A stretch of DNA of 64,000 nucleotides, from positions 1 through 64,000 of the forward strand of contig JBIIPZ010000016.1 in the NCBI GenBank assembly GCA_044342325.1, given 5' to 3'. This stretch comes from Terrimicrobiaceae bacterium (GTDB taxonomy: Bacteria > Verrucomicrobiota > Verrucomicrobiia > Chthoniobacterales > Terrimicrobiaceae). Of this stretch, positions 29,871-39,014 are shown piece by piece. Both the position numbers and the translations under genes were made by a program. Every line of letters begins with the position of its first letter. The first letter of the stretch is position 1. A model generated the notes under the pieces. The model saw only the letters and a program-made list of their open reading frames with translations, had not been told where the DNA came from and did not search any database.

Positions 29871-30857
29871 GTGAATCTCTACCATCAGCTCCTTCGTCCT
29901 TTTTTTTTCATGTTGCCAGCCGAGGCCGCGCATAATTTAGCTATCCTTGGCCTGCGCCTGACTCCGCCTTCCCTCTTGCGATCTGCATTCGGCGTCACGC
30001 CACAAAAACCTACCAAGCTTTTTGGCCTGACATTTCCGAATCCTGTAGGCCTTGCGGCGGGCATGGATAAAAATGCGACCGCTCTGCGCGCCTGGGAGGC
30101 TCTCGGGTTTGGATTTATCGAAGCGGGAACAATCACAGCCATGGCACAGCCTGGAAATCCTAAACCGCGTTGTTTTCGGTATCCCTCGCAACAAGCACTG
30201 ATCAACCGGATGGGCTTCAATAATGCGGGTGCCAGTGTGGTGGCGAATCGCCTCGCCCGCCAGAAGGCGAGTGGCAGGTGGCCGAGCGTGCCGGTAGGCA
30301 TCAATATCGGCAAATCGAAGCTCACACCCAACGAACAAGCAGCCTCGGACTACGCCACGAGCTACAAACTCCTTCTCCCCTTCGGTGATTATTTCGTGGT
30401 GAATGTAAGCTCTCCAAACACACCGAATCTCCGCGCATTGCAGGATCGTGATGCGCTCGCAGAGATCATTCAAACTCTCAAACGCATCAATAACATTAAG
30501 CCTCTGCTTGTAAAAATCGCACCGGATTTGACAGATGACGCCCTACGCGACATCGCTGCATTGGCCGACTCAGAGCATCTCGCCGGTCTCATCGCCACGA
30601 ATACCACACTGGACCACAGTTCAGTTCCGAAGGATTCGGATCAGCAAGGCGGGCTGAGTGGTCATCCGCTCCGCCAGCGTTCCACAGATGTCCTGCGCAT
30701 TCTGCGCTCAGCGACCAAACTCCCGATCATCGCTTCAGGAGGGATCATGGACGCGGCCGCCGCACACGAGAAACTCGAAGCAGGTGCGAGCTTGGTTCAA
30801 CTCTACACGGGATTCGTTTACAATGGCCCGCAGTTGATACGCGACATTGTGGCCTGA
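29871..30857 (+). CDS. pyrD: Quinone-dependent dihydroorotate dehydrogenase
   Basis: NPVGLAAGMDKN, INRMGFNN, VNVSSPNTP, KIAPD, GGLSG. Confidence 0.97.
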   Translation: MNLYHQLLRPFFFMLPAEAAHNLAILGLRLTPPSLLRSAFGVTPQKPTKLFGLTFPNPVGLAAGMDKNATALRAWEALGFGFIEAGTITAMAQPGNPKPRCFRYPSQQALINRMGFNNAGASVVANRLARQKASGRWPSVPVGINIGKSKLTPNEQAASDYATSYKLLLPFGDYFVVNVSSPNTPNLRALQDRDALAEIIQTLKRINNIKPLLVKIAPDLTDDALRDIAALADSEHLAGLIATNTTLDHSSVPKDSDQQGGLSGHPLRQRSTDVLRILRSATKLPIIASGGIMDAAAAHEKLEAGASLVQLYTGFVYNGPQLIRDIVA

Positions 30858-30863
30858 TCGCGT

Positions 30864-31286
30864 TCAGGCAATTTCAATCTGGAACTTGAATGGACTGCGG
30901 GCAGTTCCGAGGATGATGTTGTTCTTACCAAGGACAAGAAGCTCGCTTAAGGAGGCGTTCTTTACACCGATCGGAGTTCCATTGACGATTGTTCCCAACG
31001 AACTACCCGTGTCCCTCACATAAAAGCACTCTCCCTCTCGCTCAATGAGGCAGTGTTTGCGGGAGACCTGAAAGGGTTCGCCGTCGGGAATACTCAAATC
31101 GTTTTTAATCGTCGAGGGATCAAAACCTCGATCGCCGAAACCATCGCGCCCGATTTTGAAAGGAAATTTTACAATCTCTATGGAAAGAAAATTCTCGGAA
31201 AATTTGGATGCGCAGAGAGGTGTGAGCGGAGAAATAATGACTGTGAATGTCACAACATCTCTTGGCTTCGACAAATACGTATTCAT
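30864..31286 (-). CDS. Stand-alone FHA-domain protein
   Basis: FKIGR, VSRKHC, DTGSSLGTIVNG. Confidence 0.88.
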   Translation of the reverse strand: MNTYLSKPRDVVTFTVIISPLTPLCASKFSENFLSIEIVKFPFKIGRDGFGDRGFDPSTIKNDLSIPDGEPFQVSRKHCLIEREGECFYVRDTGSSLGTIVNGTPIGVKNASLSELLVLGKNNIILGTARSPFKFQIEIA

Positions 31287-31480
31287 TCTTTGTCTAAAAA
31301 ATATTTAAAATAGTTTAATTTATTGCCTATAAAGTAATAATTTTACTAAAAGTTACATCTGCTTTCAAAGCAGTCGGGAGTGACTTTGTAAGAGCAAAAC
31401 CCAAATAAGGCGGCAGAAAGATTGCAGAACTTGCCGAAAAGTCACTCTCTTTCCTTGGAAAAAAGCGAGCGAACTTTCAG

Positions 31481-32896
31481 TCAGCAACTACCGCCAGAAG
31501 CCCGACAAATCTCGCCGCGCTGGATGCGCCCGAGGGCGTCGTAGGCAGCGTATTTATACATCTCGGAGAGGGTCGGATAATTAAAACAGGTATTGATGAA
31601 AAAATCCGCTGTTTGACTCAACAGGAGGGCGGCGAGGCCGGTGTGAACAAGGTCCGTCGCCTGCTCACCGATGCAGTGAACACCAACGAGGGTCATATCC
31701 TCTGCACGGAAGAGGAGTTTTAAAAATCCTTCATGGTCGCCGATAATGAAGCCACGCGTATTGCGCGCGTAGGTGGTTTTTCCGATGACATAGTCGCAGC
31801 CTTTTTCGCGAAGCGACTCCTCAGTCTCCCCCGCAGACGAGCACTCGGGGATCGTATAAATGCCAAGGGGCAGAATGCGGGCGAGACCGGTTTTGTATTT
31901 GAGGTCGAAGGCATGGCACATGGCGATGCGCGCCTGCTCCATGGATGTGGAAGCGAGTGCGGGAAAGCCGATCACATCCCCAGCGGCGTAGATGTTCGAG
32001 ACATCCGTCTGATAATGTTCATTGACCTTCAAAAGACCTCGCTTGTCGGGTGAGATGCCGATTTTATCAAGGCCGAGGGACGCGGTATTTCCTTGGCGAC
32101 CGGATGCCGAGAGAATGGCGTCGAACGATGCAGATCCAGGTTTTTTGAAGTCAACCTCAAGCTTTGCTGCGGAGCGGATCGACTGCACGGAATCGCCAAG
32201 CAAAAGCTGGATACCCATCGCGACCATAGCGCGCTGGAGTGCCTCGGAGACTTCCGGATCAAGAAAGCCCAGCAAACGATCCCGGCCGTCAATAAGTGTC
32301 ACCCGCACTCCCAGGGCGGCGAAAATACAGGCGTATTCGCTGCCGATCACTCCGCCGCCAATCACGAGGAGGCTGTCAGGAAGTTCCCCGATATTGAGAA
32401 TCGTATCAGAGTCGAAAAGGCGGGTATCCTGCCAAGGATAGTCTGCCGGGCGGTGCGGATGCGTCCCCGTCGCGAGGAGGATCGTTGTTGCGGTGAGAGT
32501 ATTGGATGTGCCATCCGAACCTTGAACATGCACCGTGTTGGCATCCAGCAAAGACCCGGCCCCCTTATATGAGCTGACGCCATGACGCTCCATGTTGGAG
32601 TCGATGCGGGCACGCTCCTCAGCGCGCACATTGTGAAAATGGGCGAGGAAACCTGCGGCGTTGATGCGTTGATCGGGGTCGAAGCCGAGCCCATAGAGTT
32701 CGCGTTTACGGAATCCCGAAAGGTAGAGCGCCGTCTCGCGGAGCGTCTTGGAGGGAAGAGTCCCTGTATTCGCCGCAGCACCACCGGGAAATGGTTCCCG
32801 CTCGATGAGTGCGACTTTCTTTCCAAAATAAGCCGCCTGCGCAGCCCCCTTCTCGCCGGCTGGGCCGGAGCCAATGACAATGAGGTCGTAGTGCAT
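31481..32896 (-). CDS. sthA: Soluble pyridine nucleotide transhydrogenase
   Basis: GSGPAGE, NTGTLPSKTLRE (no redox Cys pair), DVIGFPALAS, FNYPTLSEMYK. Confidence 0.92.
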   Translation of the reverse strand: MHYDLIVIGSGPAGEKGAAQAAYFGKKVALIEREPFPGGAAANTGTLPSKTLRETALYLSGFRKRELYGLGFDPDQRINAAGFLAHFHNVRAEERARIDSNMERHGVSSYKGAGSLLDANTVHVQGSDGTSNTLTATTILLATGTHPHRPADYPWQDTRLFDSDTILNIGELPDSLLVIGGGVIGSEYACIFAALGVRVTLIDGRDRLLGFLDPEVSEALQRAMVAMGIQLLLGDSVQSIRSAAKLEVDFKKPGSASFDAILSASGRQGNTASLGLDKIGISPDKRGLLKVNEHYQTDVSNIYAAGDVIGFPALASTSMEQARIAMCHAFDLKYKTGLARILPLGIYTIPECSSAGETEESLREKGCDYVIGKTTYARNTRGFIIGDHEGFLKLLFRAEDMTLVGVHCIGEQATDLVHTGLAALLLSQTADFFINTCFNYPTLSEMYKYAAYDALGRIQRGEICRASGGSC

Positions 32897-33021
32897 TTCC
32901 CAAGTGATGCAAACGCACATCTTCTTGTTGACAAGTTTTTTTTAAAAACATGGAAAAAAATTTCGATCCGTGTTGCCGAAAAGGCCGCTGGAAGATATCT
33001 CTCTCCGCCTGTTTAAAAAAA

Positions 33022-33786
33022 ATGCGCAAAAAAATTATCGCCGCCAACTGGAAGATGAACATGACCGTGGCTGAGACCGTCAGCTACCTCGAAAATTTCC
33101 GCAGTCATGTGGATGAGGTCAATGGTGTGGAAATTGTCATCGCCCCGCCATTCACCGCCATCGCGAAACTTTCCGATCTACTCGGTGGCTCGCAAAAAAT
33201 CCGCCTCGGCGCACAGAACATGTATTTCGAGATGTCGGGCGCCTACACAGGGGAGGTCAGTCCCGCCATGCTGCGCGAGCTTTTCGTGCGTTATGTCATT
33301 CTGGGCCACAGCGAACGCCGCCAGATTTTCGGCGAGACAGATGCCCTCGTTAACAAAAAGGTTCTCACCGCTCTGGCCAGCGGCCTTCGGCCGATCCTCT
33401 GTGTCGGAGAAACTCTGGAGGAGCGCGATGCCGGTCGTGAAAAAGAGATTTTGGAAACACAACTTCGCGGCAGCCTCGCAGGTGTCACCGCAGCCCAAAT
33501 GAACGATGTCGTGATCGCCTACGAACCCGTTTGGGCCATCGGAACCGGCAGGAATGCCACTCCCGAGCAGGCGCAGGATGCCCACGCCCATGTGCGCGCC
33601 GTGCTTGCGGAACTCACAGATGCCGCCACCGCCTCGAAGGTGCGAATTCAATACGGCGGTAGCGTCAAGCCCGCCAATGCCGCGACACTCCTGAGCCAGC
33701 CCGACATTGACGGCGCTCTCGTTGGCGGCGCAAGCCTTGAAGCCCTCGCCTTCTCGGAAATCGTCAAAGCAGCCATTGAAAAATAA
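33022..33786 (+). CDS. tpiA: Triosephosphate isomerase
   Basis: ANWKMN, GHSERR, AYEPVWAIGTG, YGGSV, LVGGASL. Confidence 0.98.
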   Translation: MRKKIIAANWKMNMTVAETVSYLENFRSHVDEVNGVEIVIAPPFTAIAKLSDLLGGSQKIRLGAQNMYFEMSGAYTGEVSPAMLRELFVRYVILGHSERRQIFGETDALVNKKVLTALASGLRPILCVGETLEERDAGREKEILETQLRGSLAGVTAAQMNDVVIAYEPVWAIGTGRNATPEQAQDAHAHVRAVLAELTDAATASKVRIQYGGSVKPANAATLLSQPDIDGALVGGASLEALAFSEIVKAAIEK

Positions 33787-33795
33787 TTTTCCGTT

Positions 33796-33848
33796 CTTTG
33801 AGCTGAGCGCCCGCTGTTCAAATGGGCGGGCGCAACGCTCTGAAAGAA
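33796..33848. repeat. Long intergenic hairpin between tpiA and DAHP synthase
   Basis: TTCTTT/AAAGAA, GAGC/GCTC and GCGCCCGC/GCGGGCGC nested stems. Confidence 0.55.
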
Positions 33849-33900
33849 TTGGGATTTGCATGAACTCCCGCTTTGAGGGATGTTTTTGCCCCTTTTGAAA

Positions 33901-34962
33901 ATGACAGATTCGGAAATCCGACAAACTGCGGGCACTGTCCCGGTGGACAATCTGCGTGTGGCAGGGGTGACGCGCCTCATCTCACCCGCACAAATCAAAT
34001 CTCAATATCCTGCGAGCACCAGCCAGCTTCAATTGGTATCCAGCGCCCGTGCGGCATCCCGTGCGATCTTGAGCGGCGAGGATGAGCGCATGCTTGTCAT
34101 TGTCGGCCCCTGCTCGATCCATGATCCCGTCTCTGCCTTGGAATACGCCCAGCGCCTGGCTGATCTGAACCGGGAGGTTTCCGAACGCTTCCTCATCGTG
34201 ATGCGTGTTTATTTTGAGAAACCACGCACCACCGTTGGCTGGAAGGGCCTCATCAACGACCCTCACTTGGACGAGTCCTTCGACATCAGCTCCGGCCTCA
34301 TCCTCGCTCGCAAGCTCCTGCTCGACATCTTGGATTTGGGACTCCCCACGGCGACCGAGTTTCTCGACCCCATCGTGCCGCAATACATAGCTGACCTCAT
34401 CAGTTGGGCAGCGATCGGTGCGCGGACGACGGAATCCCAGACCCACCGCGAAATGGCCAGCGGACTCTCGATGCCCGTGGGTTTTAAAAATGCAACAGAC
34501 GGCAGTGTGCAAACTGCCATCGACGCCATGGGGTCCTCGCGCACCGCGCATAGTTTTCTCGGCATTGATCAAGATGGTGCGACAAGCATCATCAAGACCG
34601 CTGGCAATCCCGACAGCCATGTCGTTCTCCGTGGCGGCAGAAATGGCCCGAATTTCAGCGCGAATGATGTCCAAGCAGCCCGCGATGCCCTTCGCAAGGC
34701 AGGTCTAAACGCCGCACTCATGGTCGATTGCAGTCATGCAAACTCTGGCAAGGATCCCAAACGCCAACCCGATGTGTGGCGGAGTCTGCTGGACCAACGC
34801 GCCGCAGGCAGCAGTGGGATCATCGGAGCCATGCTCGAGAGCCATCTTCATTTCGGTGCCCAACCTCTCGGTGCAGATCCGGCGGCTTTGCAATACGGCG
34901 TTTCCATCACGGACGCCTGCATGGATTGGCAAACCACAGCCGCACTTCTGCGCAACGCCTGA
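33901..34962 (+). CDS. DAHP synthase, class I alpha (AroF/G/H type)
   Basis: GPCSIHD, RVYFEKPRT, IGARTTESQ, DCSHANS, SITDAC. Confidence 0.97.
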   Translation: MTDSEIRQTAGTVPVDNLRVAGVTRLISPAQIKSQYPASTSQLQLVSSARAASRAILSGEDERMLVIVGPCSIHDPVSALEYAQRLADLNREVSERFLIVMRVYFEKPRTTVGWKGLINDPHLDESFDISSGLILARKLLLDILDLGLPTATEFLDPIVPQYIADLISWAAIGARTTESQTHREMASGLSMPVGFKNATDGSVQTAIDAMGSSRTAHSFLGIDQDGATSIIKTAGNPDSHVVLRGGRNGPNFSANDVQAARDALRKAGLNAALMVDCSHANSGKDPKRQPDVWRSLLDQRAAGSSGIIGAMLESHLHFGAQPLGADPAALQYGVSITDACMDWQTTAALLRNA

Positions 34963-34994
34963 ATACGGCAGGGTCGAACCGCTTCGCCCTTAAA

Positions 34995-35588
34995 ATGAAA
35001 GCCTCGGAAGCCCCGTTCGCTGCGATCGATTTCGAGAGCGCGGGAACGGCTCCGGGCCTCACGGATGAGCCAGTTCAGGTGGCCATTGTCCAATGGCAGA
35101 GCGAATCACCCGTCGTCGCTCTGAATTCCCATCTCCGCCCCTCCCGTCCGGTCACTTGGGCAGCGCAACAAGTTCATGGCATATCGGATCATCAACTCAC
35201 TCACGCACCGCGCCTCATCGATCTCTGGCCCCAAGTCCGCTCCAGCCTCGAGGGACGCTGGGTCGTTGCGCACGGCGCTGCCACCGAGAAACGCTTTCTT
35301 CGCGTCTTCCCCTTTCATGGCTTCGGCCCATGGGTGGATACTCTAAACCTCACACGCGCCGTCTACCCCTCGCTGCCTTCGCATGCCCTCGGCGATGCGG
35401 TATTGGCACTCGGTCTACTCGAAAAAATCATATTCCCCGGATTTCGCTGGCACGACGCCGCGTCGGATGCCATCGCATCGCTCGTTCTACTGGATCATTT
35501 GATCGAGGCTGCGGGCCTGGCAATGGAGCCTGCGGAAATCCTCACTCGACCAAATCTCGCTGCATATTTCGCGTCCCGCAGGAAATAA
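34995..35588 (+). CDS. DEDDh 3'-5' exonuclease
   Basis: AIDFES, VHGI, VAHG, HDAASDA. Confidence 0.88.
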   Translation: MKASEAPFAAIDFESAGTAPGLTDEPVQVAIVQWQSESPVVALNSHLRPSRPVTWAAQQVHGISDHQLTHAPRLIDLWPQVRSSLEGRWVVAHGAATEKRFLRVFPFHGFGPWVDTLNLTRAVYPSLPSHALGDAVLALGLLEKIIFPGFRWHDAASDAIASLVLLDHLIEAAGLAMEPAEILTRPNLAAYFASRRK

Positions 35589-36120
35589 TCTCAGAAGGCG
35601 TCATCAAAAAATCCATGCGCGCATCGTGAGGCTCCGAAGGTATGCGTTCGAACAGCACCTCCTCAAAACAAACCCCCACGCGCAGGCCATCAAATTCCGA
35701 CAACAGCCGGTCATAATATCCCCCACCCCGTCCCAATCGAACGCCGCTGCGGTCGAATGCCAAGCCTGGCACGAGGATGACATCCGCCTTCGCCTCGGCA
35801 ATCGGGGCGTTCGGCGTGGGTTCCAGAATTCCAAAGCTGCCCTCGACAAGTTCGGCGGGATTTTTCACAGCGTGTAGGCTGACGCTGGAACCTGCCACTC
35901 GCGGCAGGATGATTCTCTTTCCCTCGGGCCAAGGCGTGAGGAGATCGGGCTCCGATGGCAGGGCGCTGAAGACGCAAACCGTCCGCGCCGCGAGCCAGGT
36001 ATGCCAGCGATTCAAATGGCTGAGAATTTTTTGCCCCTCCGCCCGCCGGCGATCCGAATCCAGACCAAGCAGAAACCGTCGCGCTTCCGCACGCAGGCTT
36101 TGCTTTTGTTCAGGGATCAT
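35542..36120 (-). CDS. 5-formyltetrahydrofolate cyclo-ligase
   Basis: FGILEP, VPGLAFD...RLGRGGGYYDR, EPHD. Confidence 0.95.
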   Translation of the reverse strand: MIPEQKQSLRAEARRFLLGLDSDRRRAEGQKILSHLNRWHTWLAARTVCVFSALPSEPDLLTPWPEGKRIILPRVAGSSVSLHAVKNPAELVEGSFGILEPTPNAPIAEAKADVILVPGLAFDRSGVRLGRGGGYYDRLLSEFDGLRVGVCFEEVLFERIPSEPHDARMDFLMTPSEIISCGTRNMQRDLVE

Positions 36121-36125
36121 GGAGG

Positions 36126-37064
36126 ATGGTATTAAGCATGGTGCGAAAGTTCATCGAGAGAAAAATCTCCGCAAGACGCAAGCCCGAGAACCATGTGGAC
36201 ATGAAACTCGGCAGCGGATGGCACAAGAGGAATTTCCTCGCGGAAGTCGTCATCCCCTCACTTTTTGCGAAGCGTGAAGGCCATCGCGTGAAGCCTGTCT
36301 TTCCCGAGCTCCAGCATGGGCAAATCTGCATCACTTGGATCGGACATGCCTCTTTCCTCATTCAAACTCCCGAGCACAGCGTGCTCATCGATCCCAACTG
36401 GGCAAAATGGCTGAAAGTCATCAAGCGCATCAAGCACCCCGGCCTGGAAATCCACGACCTGCCTGCCATCGACCTTGTGCTGGTCACGCATGCTCATTTT
36501 GACCATCTGGACCGCAAGACGCTTCGAGCCGTGGCCAGCGACCAGGCCATCCTGGTTCCTGAGAATGTCGCGGGCCTCGTTCACGGTCTTGGCTTCAATC
36601 ATGTGCAGGAGTTGCAGCACTGGCAGTCCTTTGAACTCGGATCTCTGAAGGTCACGCTCACCCCGGCACGCCATTGGGGCGCCCGCGTTCTCCACGACAC
36701 GCACCGCGGGTTCGGTGGATTTCACATCGAGTATGCGGGACGCTCGGTTTTCCATTGTGGCGACAGCGCCTACTTCGATGGCTTCAGCGAGATTGGCGAG
36801 CGTCTGCCGGTGGAAATCGCCCTCCTGCCGATAGGGGCCTACGACGCCCCCACGAAACGAGATGTCCACATGAACCCTGAGCAGGCCATCGACGCGTTTA
36901 TCCAGCTCAAAGCAAAAACTCTTGTTCCGATGCATTTCGGAACCTTCCGTCTGAGCTACGAACCGCTCCACGAGCCGCCCGAGAGGCTCATCCGCCACGC
37001 TGCCGAGCGCCACATCCTCGACAGCGTGTGCCTTCTCGAAGAAGGAAATCCCAGAGTTTTTTAG
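36126..37064 (+). CDS. MBL-fold metallo-hydrolase (RomA/NAPE-PLD-like); start uncertain
   Basis: TWIGHAS, THAHFDHLD, CGDSAY, LPIGAY, PMHFGTF. Confidence 0.9.
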   Translation: MVLSMVRKFIERKISARRKPENHVDMKLGSGWHKRNFLAEVVIPSLFAKREGHRVKPVFPELQHGQICITWIGHASFLIQTPEHSVLIDPNWAKWLKVIKRIKHPGLEIHDLPAIDLVLVTHAHFDHLDRKTLRAVASDQAILVPENVAGLVHGLGFNHVQELQHWQSFELGSLKVTLTPARHWGARVLHDTHRGFGGFHIEYAGRSVFHCGDSAYFDGFSEIGERLPVEIALLPIGAYDAPTKRDVHMNPEQAIDAFIQLKAKTLVPMHFGTFRLSYEPLHEPPERLIRHAAERHILDSVCLLEEGNPRVF

Positions 37065-37108
37065 TTTTTTTCGCACCCCTGCAGAACAGCTACTCGTAGC
37101 AGTTTACA

Positions 37109-37711
37109 GTGAACAGCGACGATATAGACGATTTGCCAGACCAAACGGATGTTATGATCCTCCCGTGGGTTTCCCTTTTTCCAGGCACTCTCCTACCGCT
37201 GTATATCTTTGAGGAACGCTACAGGCACATGACCCAAGCGGCTCTCACAGGAAATCGGATGTTCGCCATAGCGCATACCTATGATGACACAACCATTGCG
37301 CCAATCGGCGGGCTCGGAGTCATTCGCGCCTGCGTAATGAACGCCGATGGAACCTCCAATCTCGTTCTACAGAGCCTCTCGCGCGTCGAGTTTTCGCGAT
37401 TCAAAAGCTCTCCACGGCCCCGTGCGGACATCAGCATTCTTCGCGATGACCAAGAAATCGGCGATGTCAGGGGCATTCGGAGTCAAATTTCAAGCAACTG
37501 CGAGAATCTCCTCGCTGAGGGATTCGAAACGCCTGAAGGCTTTGCGGATTACCTGCGTTCTTCGATTTCCGACTCGGCCTTTACCGACCTCGTTGCCTCG
37601 ACACTCATTTCGGATGCATCCCACCGCCGCACGCTCTTTGAAACCATCGAACTCAAGACCCGCATGTCGCTCCTCCTCGAAATGCTCTCCCCCACCGCAG
37701 AGTCGGCCTAA
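37109..37711 (+). CDS. Lon N-terminal substrate-binding domain protein
   Basis: LFPGTLLPLYIFEERYRHM, DGTSNLVL. Confidence 0.88.
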   Translation: MNSDDIDDLPDQTDVMILPWVSLFPGTLLPLYIFEERYRHMTQAALTGNRMFAIAHTYDDTTIAPIGGLGVIRACVMNADGTSNLVLQSLSRVEFSRFKSSPRPRADISILRDDQEIGDVRGIRSQISSNCENLLAEGFETPEGFADYLRSSISDSAFTDLVASTLISDASHRRTLFETIELKTRMSLLLEMLSPTAESA

Positions 37712-37739
37712 CACCCACCTGTGGGGTAAATTTCCAGCC

Positions 37740-38999
37740 CTATCTTGCGGAGGGAACAGAGGCTTTGAAGACTACAGCAGATTCGCTCTGGCTGGTGATC
37801 TCGTAACTGCAGTCCTGCGAAGCAAAGAAGGACTCACCCTTATTGATCTGAAGCTTGTCACCATCAGCTGTCGCCGTGACTTCGCCTTCCATCACAATAA
37901 GGATGTCTGGGCCAGTGCGTGTGCCCGAGTGATATCCCCTCTCCTGGCTACACTGAAGGCGGCTGAGTTCAAATTCGGCCGCAGGTGTCGCAAAGACGGT
38001 CTCGCCTTTTCCTGCATCCCTGCCGTGAATGATATCGACCTTACCCTCATCGAATCTCAAGACGCGCATCAACTCGGCAGGATCCACATTTTTGGGTGTG
38101 AGACCGCCACGCAGCACATTGTCGGAATTAGCCATCAACTCGACATTCACGCCTTCGAGGTAGGCATGGAGTGTTCCTGCCGATTGATAAGTCGCCTCAC
38201 CCGGCTGCAATCGAACAAGATTAAGCAGATAGATCGAAAAAATGCCCCGGTCACGGTGCCCATCTGACAGAGGAAACTCCCGCGCGGCGCGTGCGGCCCA
38301 GAAGTCGGGCAAATCCTTATTTTTCGCCGCCTCCTTATCGAGTCTTGAGATTAGCGGATTCAACAGACTATCCACCTCGGCCTGCGGGATTGTCATAGCC
38401 CGCGCATAAAGTTCCCGCAGTAAGGCGGATCGTGCCGCCGCATCATTTCCCGCTAGCGCCAATCTCTCGGAAAAATCAGGCATCAAGGGCTGCAGTTCCT
38501 GAACACTCCGCAGGCTCTCGGCAATTTCCTCGAGCGGGCGGAACCCATGCAGCATCCAGAAATCCGTGAGTGCCACATGCACCTCAGGCTTGTGATTTCG
38601 GTCCTTATAATTTCTCGAGGACGCCTTAATGGGAATGCATGCAGCTTCCTCTGCGTCAAACCCAGCACGAGCTTGCGCAATCGTCGGGTGGGCTTGGATG
38701 GAGAGCATTTTTCGGGCATCCAGCACCTTGAATAAATACGGGAGCAAATTCTCAAAACGGTCAGCAACACTTGCGCCGAGGATTTGATCTGGTGCGGCAG
38801 CGATCAACTCTGGCAATGGAACTGGACCATCAGGTGATTCCACGACGGAAGGGCCTCCGTCATGTGCGCCAAGCCAGAGTTCCGCACACGGTGAGGACGA
38901 GGGATGTGCCTGCCTAAGCAGAGCCGGGATGAAATCGAAGCCGCCCCAGTCGTAGTGCTGCACGACGCCTTTGAGTTTGAAAAGTCCTTTGGTCTTCAT
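37740..38999 (-). CDS. manA: Mannose-6-phosphate isomerase, class I
   Basis: YDWG, AELWLGAH, LSIQAHP, NHKPE, LHAYLEG, NSDNVLRGGLTPK. Confidence 0.96.
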   Translation of the reverse strand: MKTKGLFKLKGVVQHYDWGGFDFIPALLRQAHPSSSPCAELWLGAHDGGPSVVESPDGPVPLPELIAAAPDQILGASVADRFENLLPYLFKVLDARKMLSIQAHPTIAQARAGFDAEEAACIPIKASSRNYKDRNHKPEVHVALTDFWMLHGFRPLEEIAESLRSVQELQPLMPDFSERLALAGNDAAARSALLRELYARAMTIPQAEVDSLLNPLISRLDKEAAKNKDLPDFWAARAAREFPLSDGHRDRGIFSIYLLNLVRLQPGEATYQSAGTLHAYLEGVNVELMANSDNVLRGGLTPKNVDPAELMRVLRFDEGKVDIIHGRDAGKGETVFATPAAEFELSRLQCSQERGYHSGTRTGPDILIVMEGEVTATADGDKLQINKGESFFASQDCSYEITSQSESAVVFKASVPSAR

Positions 39000-39014
39000 A
39001 TCGAGAGGTGATTG

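Noticed and set aside
30864..31286. Idea that the lone FHA gene is the missing N-terminal half of a split SctD
   Set aside because: It is 21 kb away among housekeeping genes and keeps the canonical phospho-Thr-binding GR and SRxH residues that SctD cytoplasmic domains typically lack
31291..31350. AT-rich tract as a replication origin
   Set aside because: No DnaA boxes (TTATCCACA) seen and no dnaA-type context
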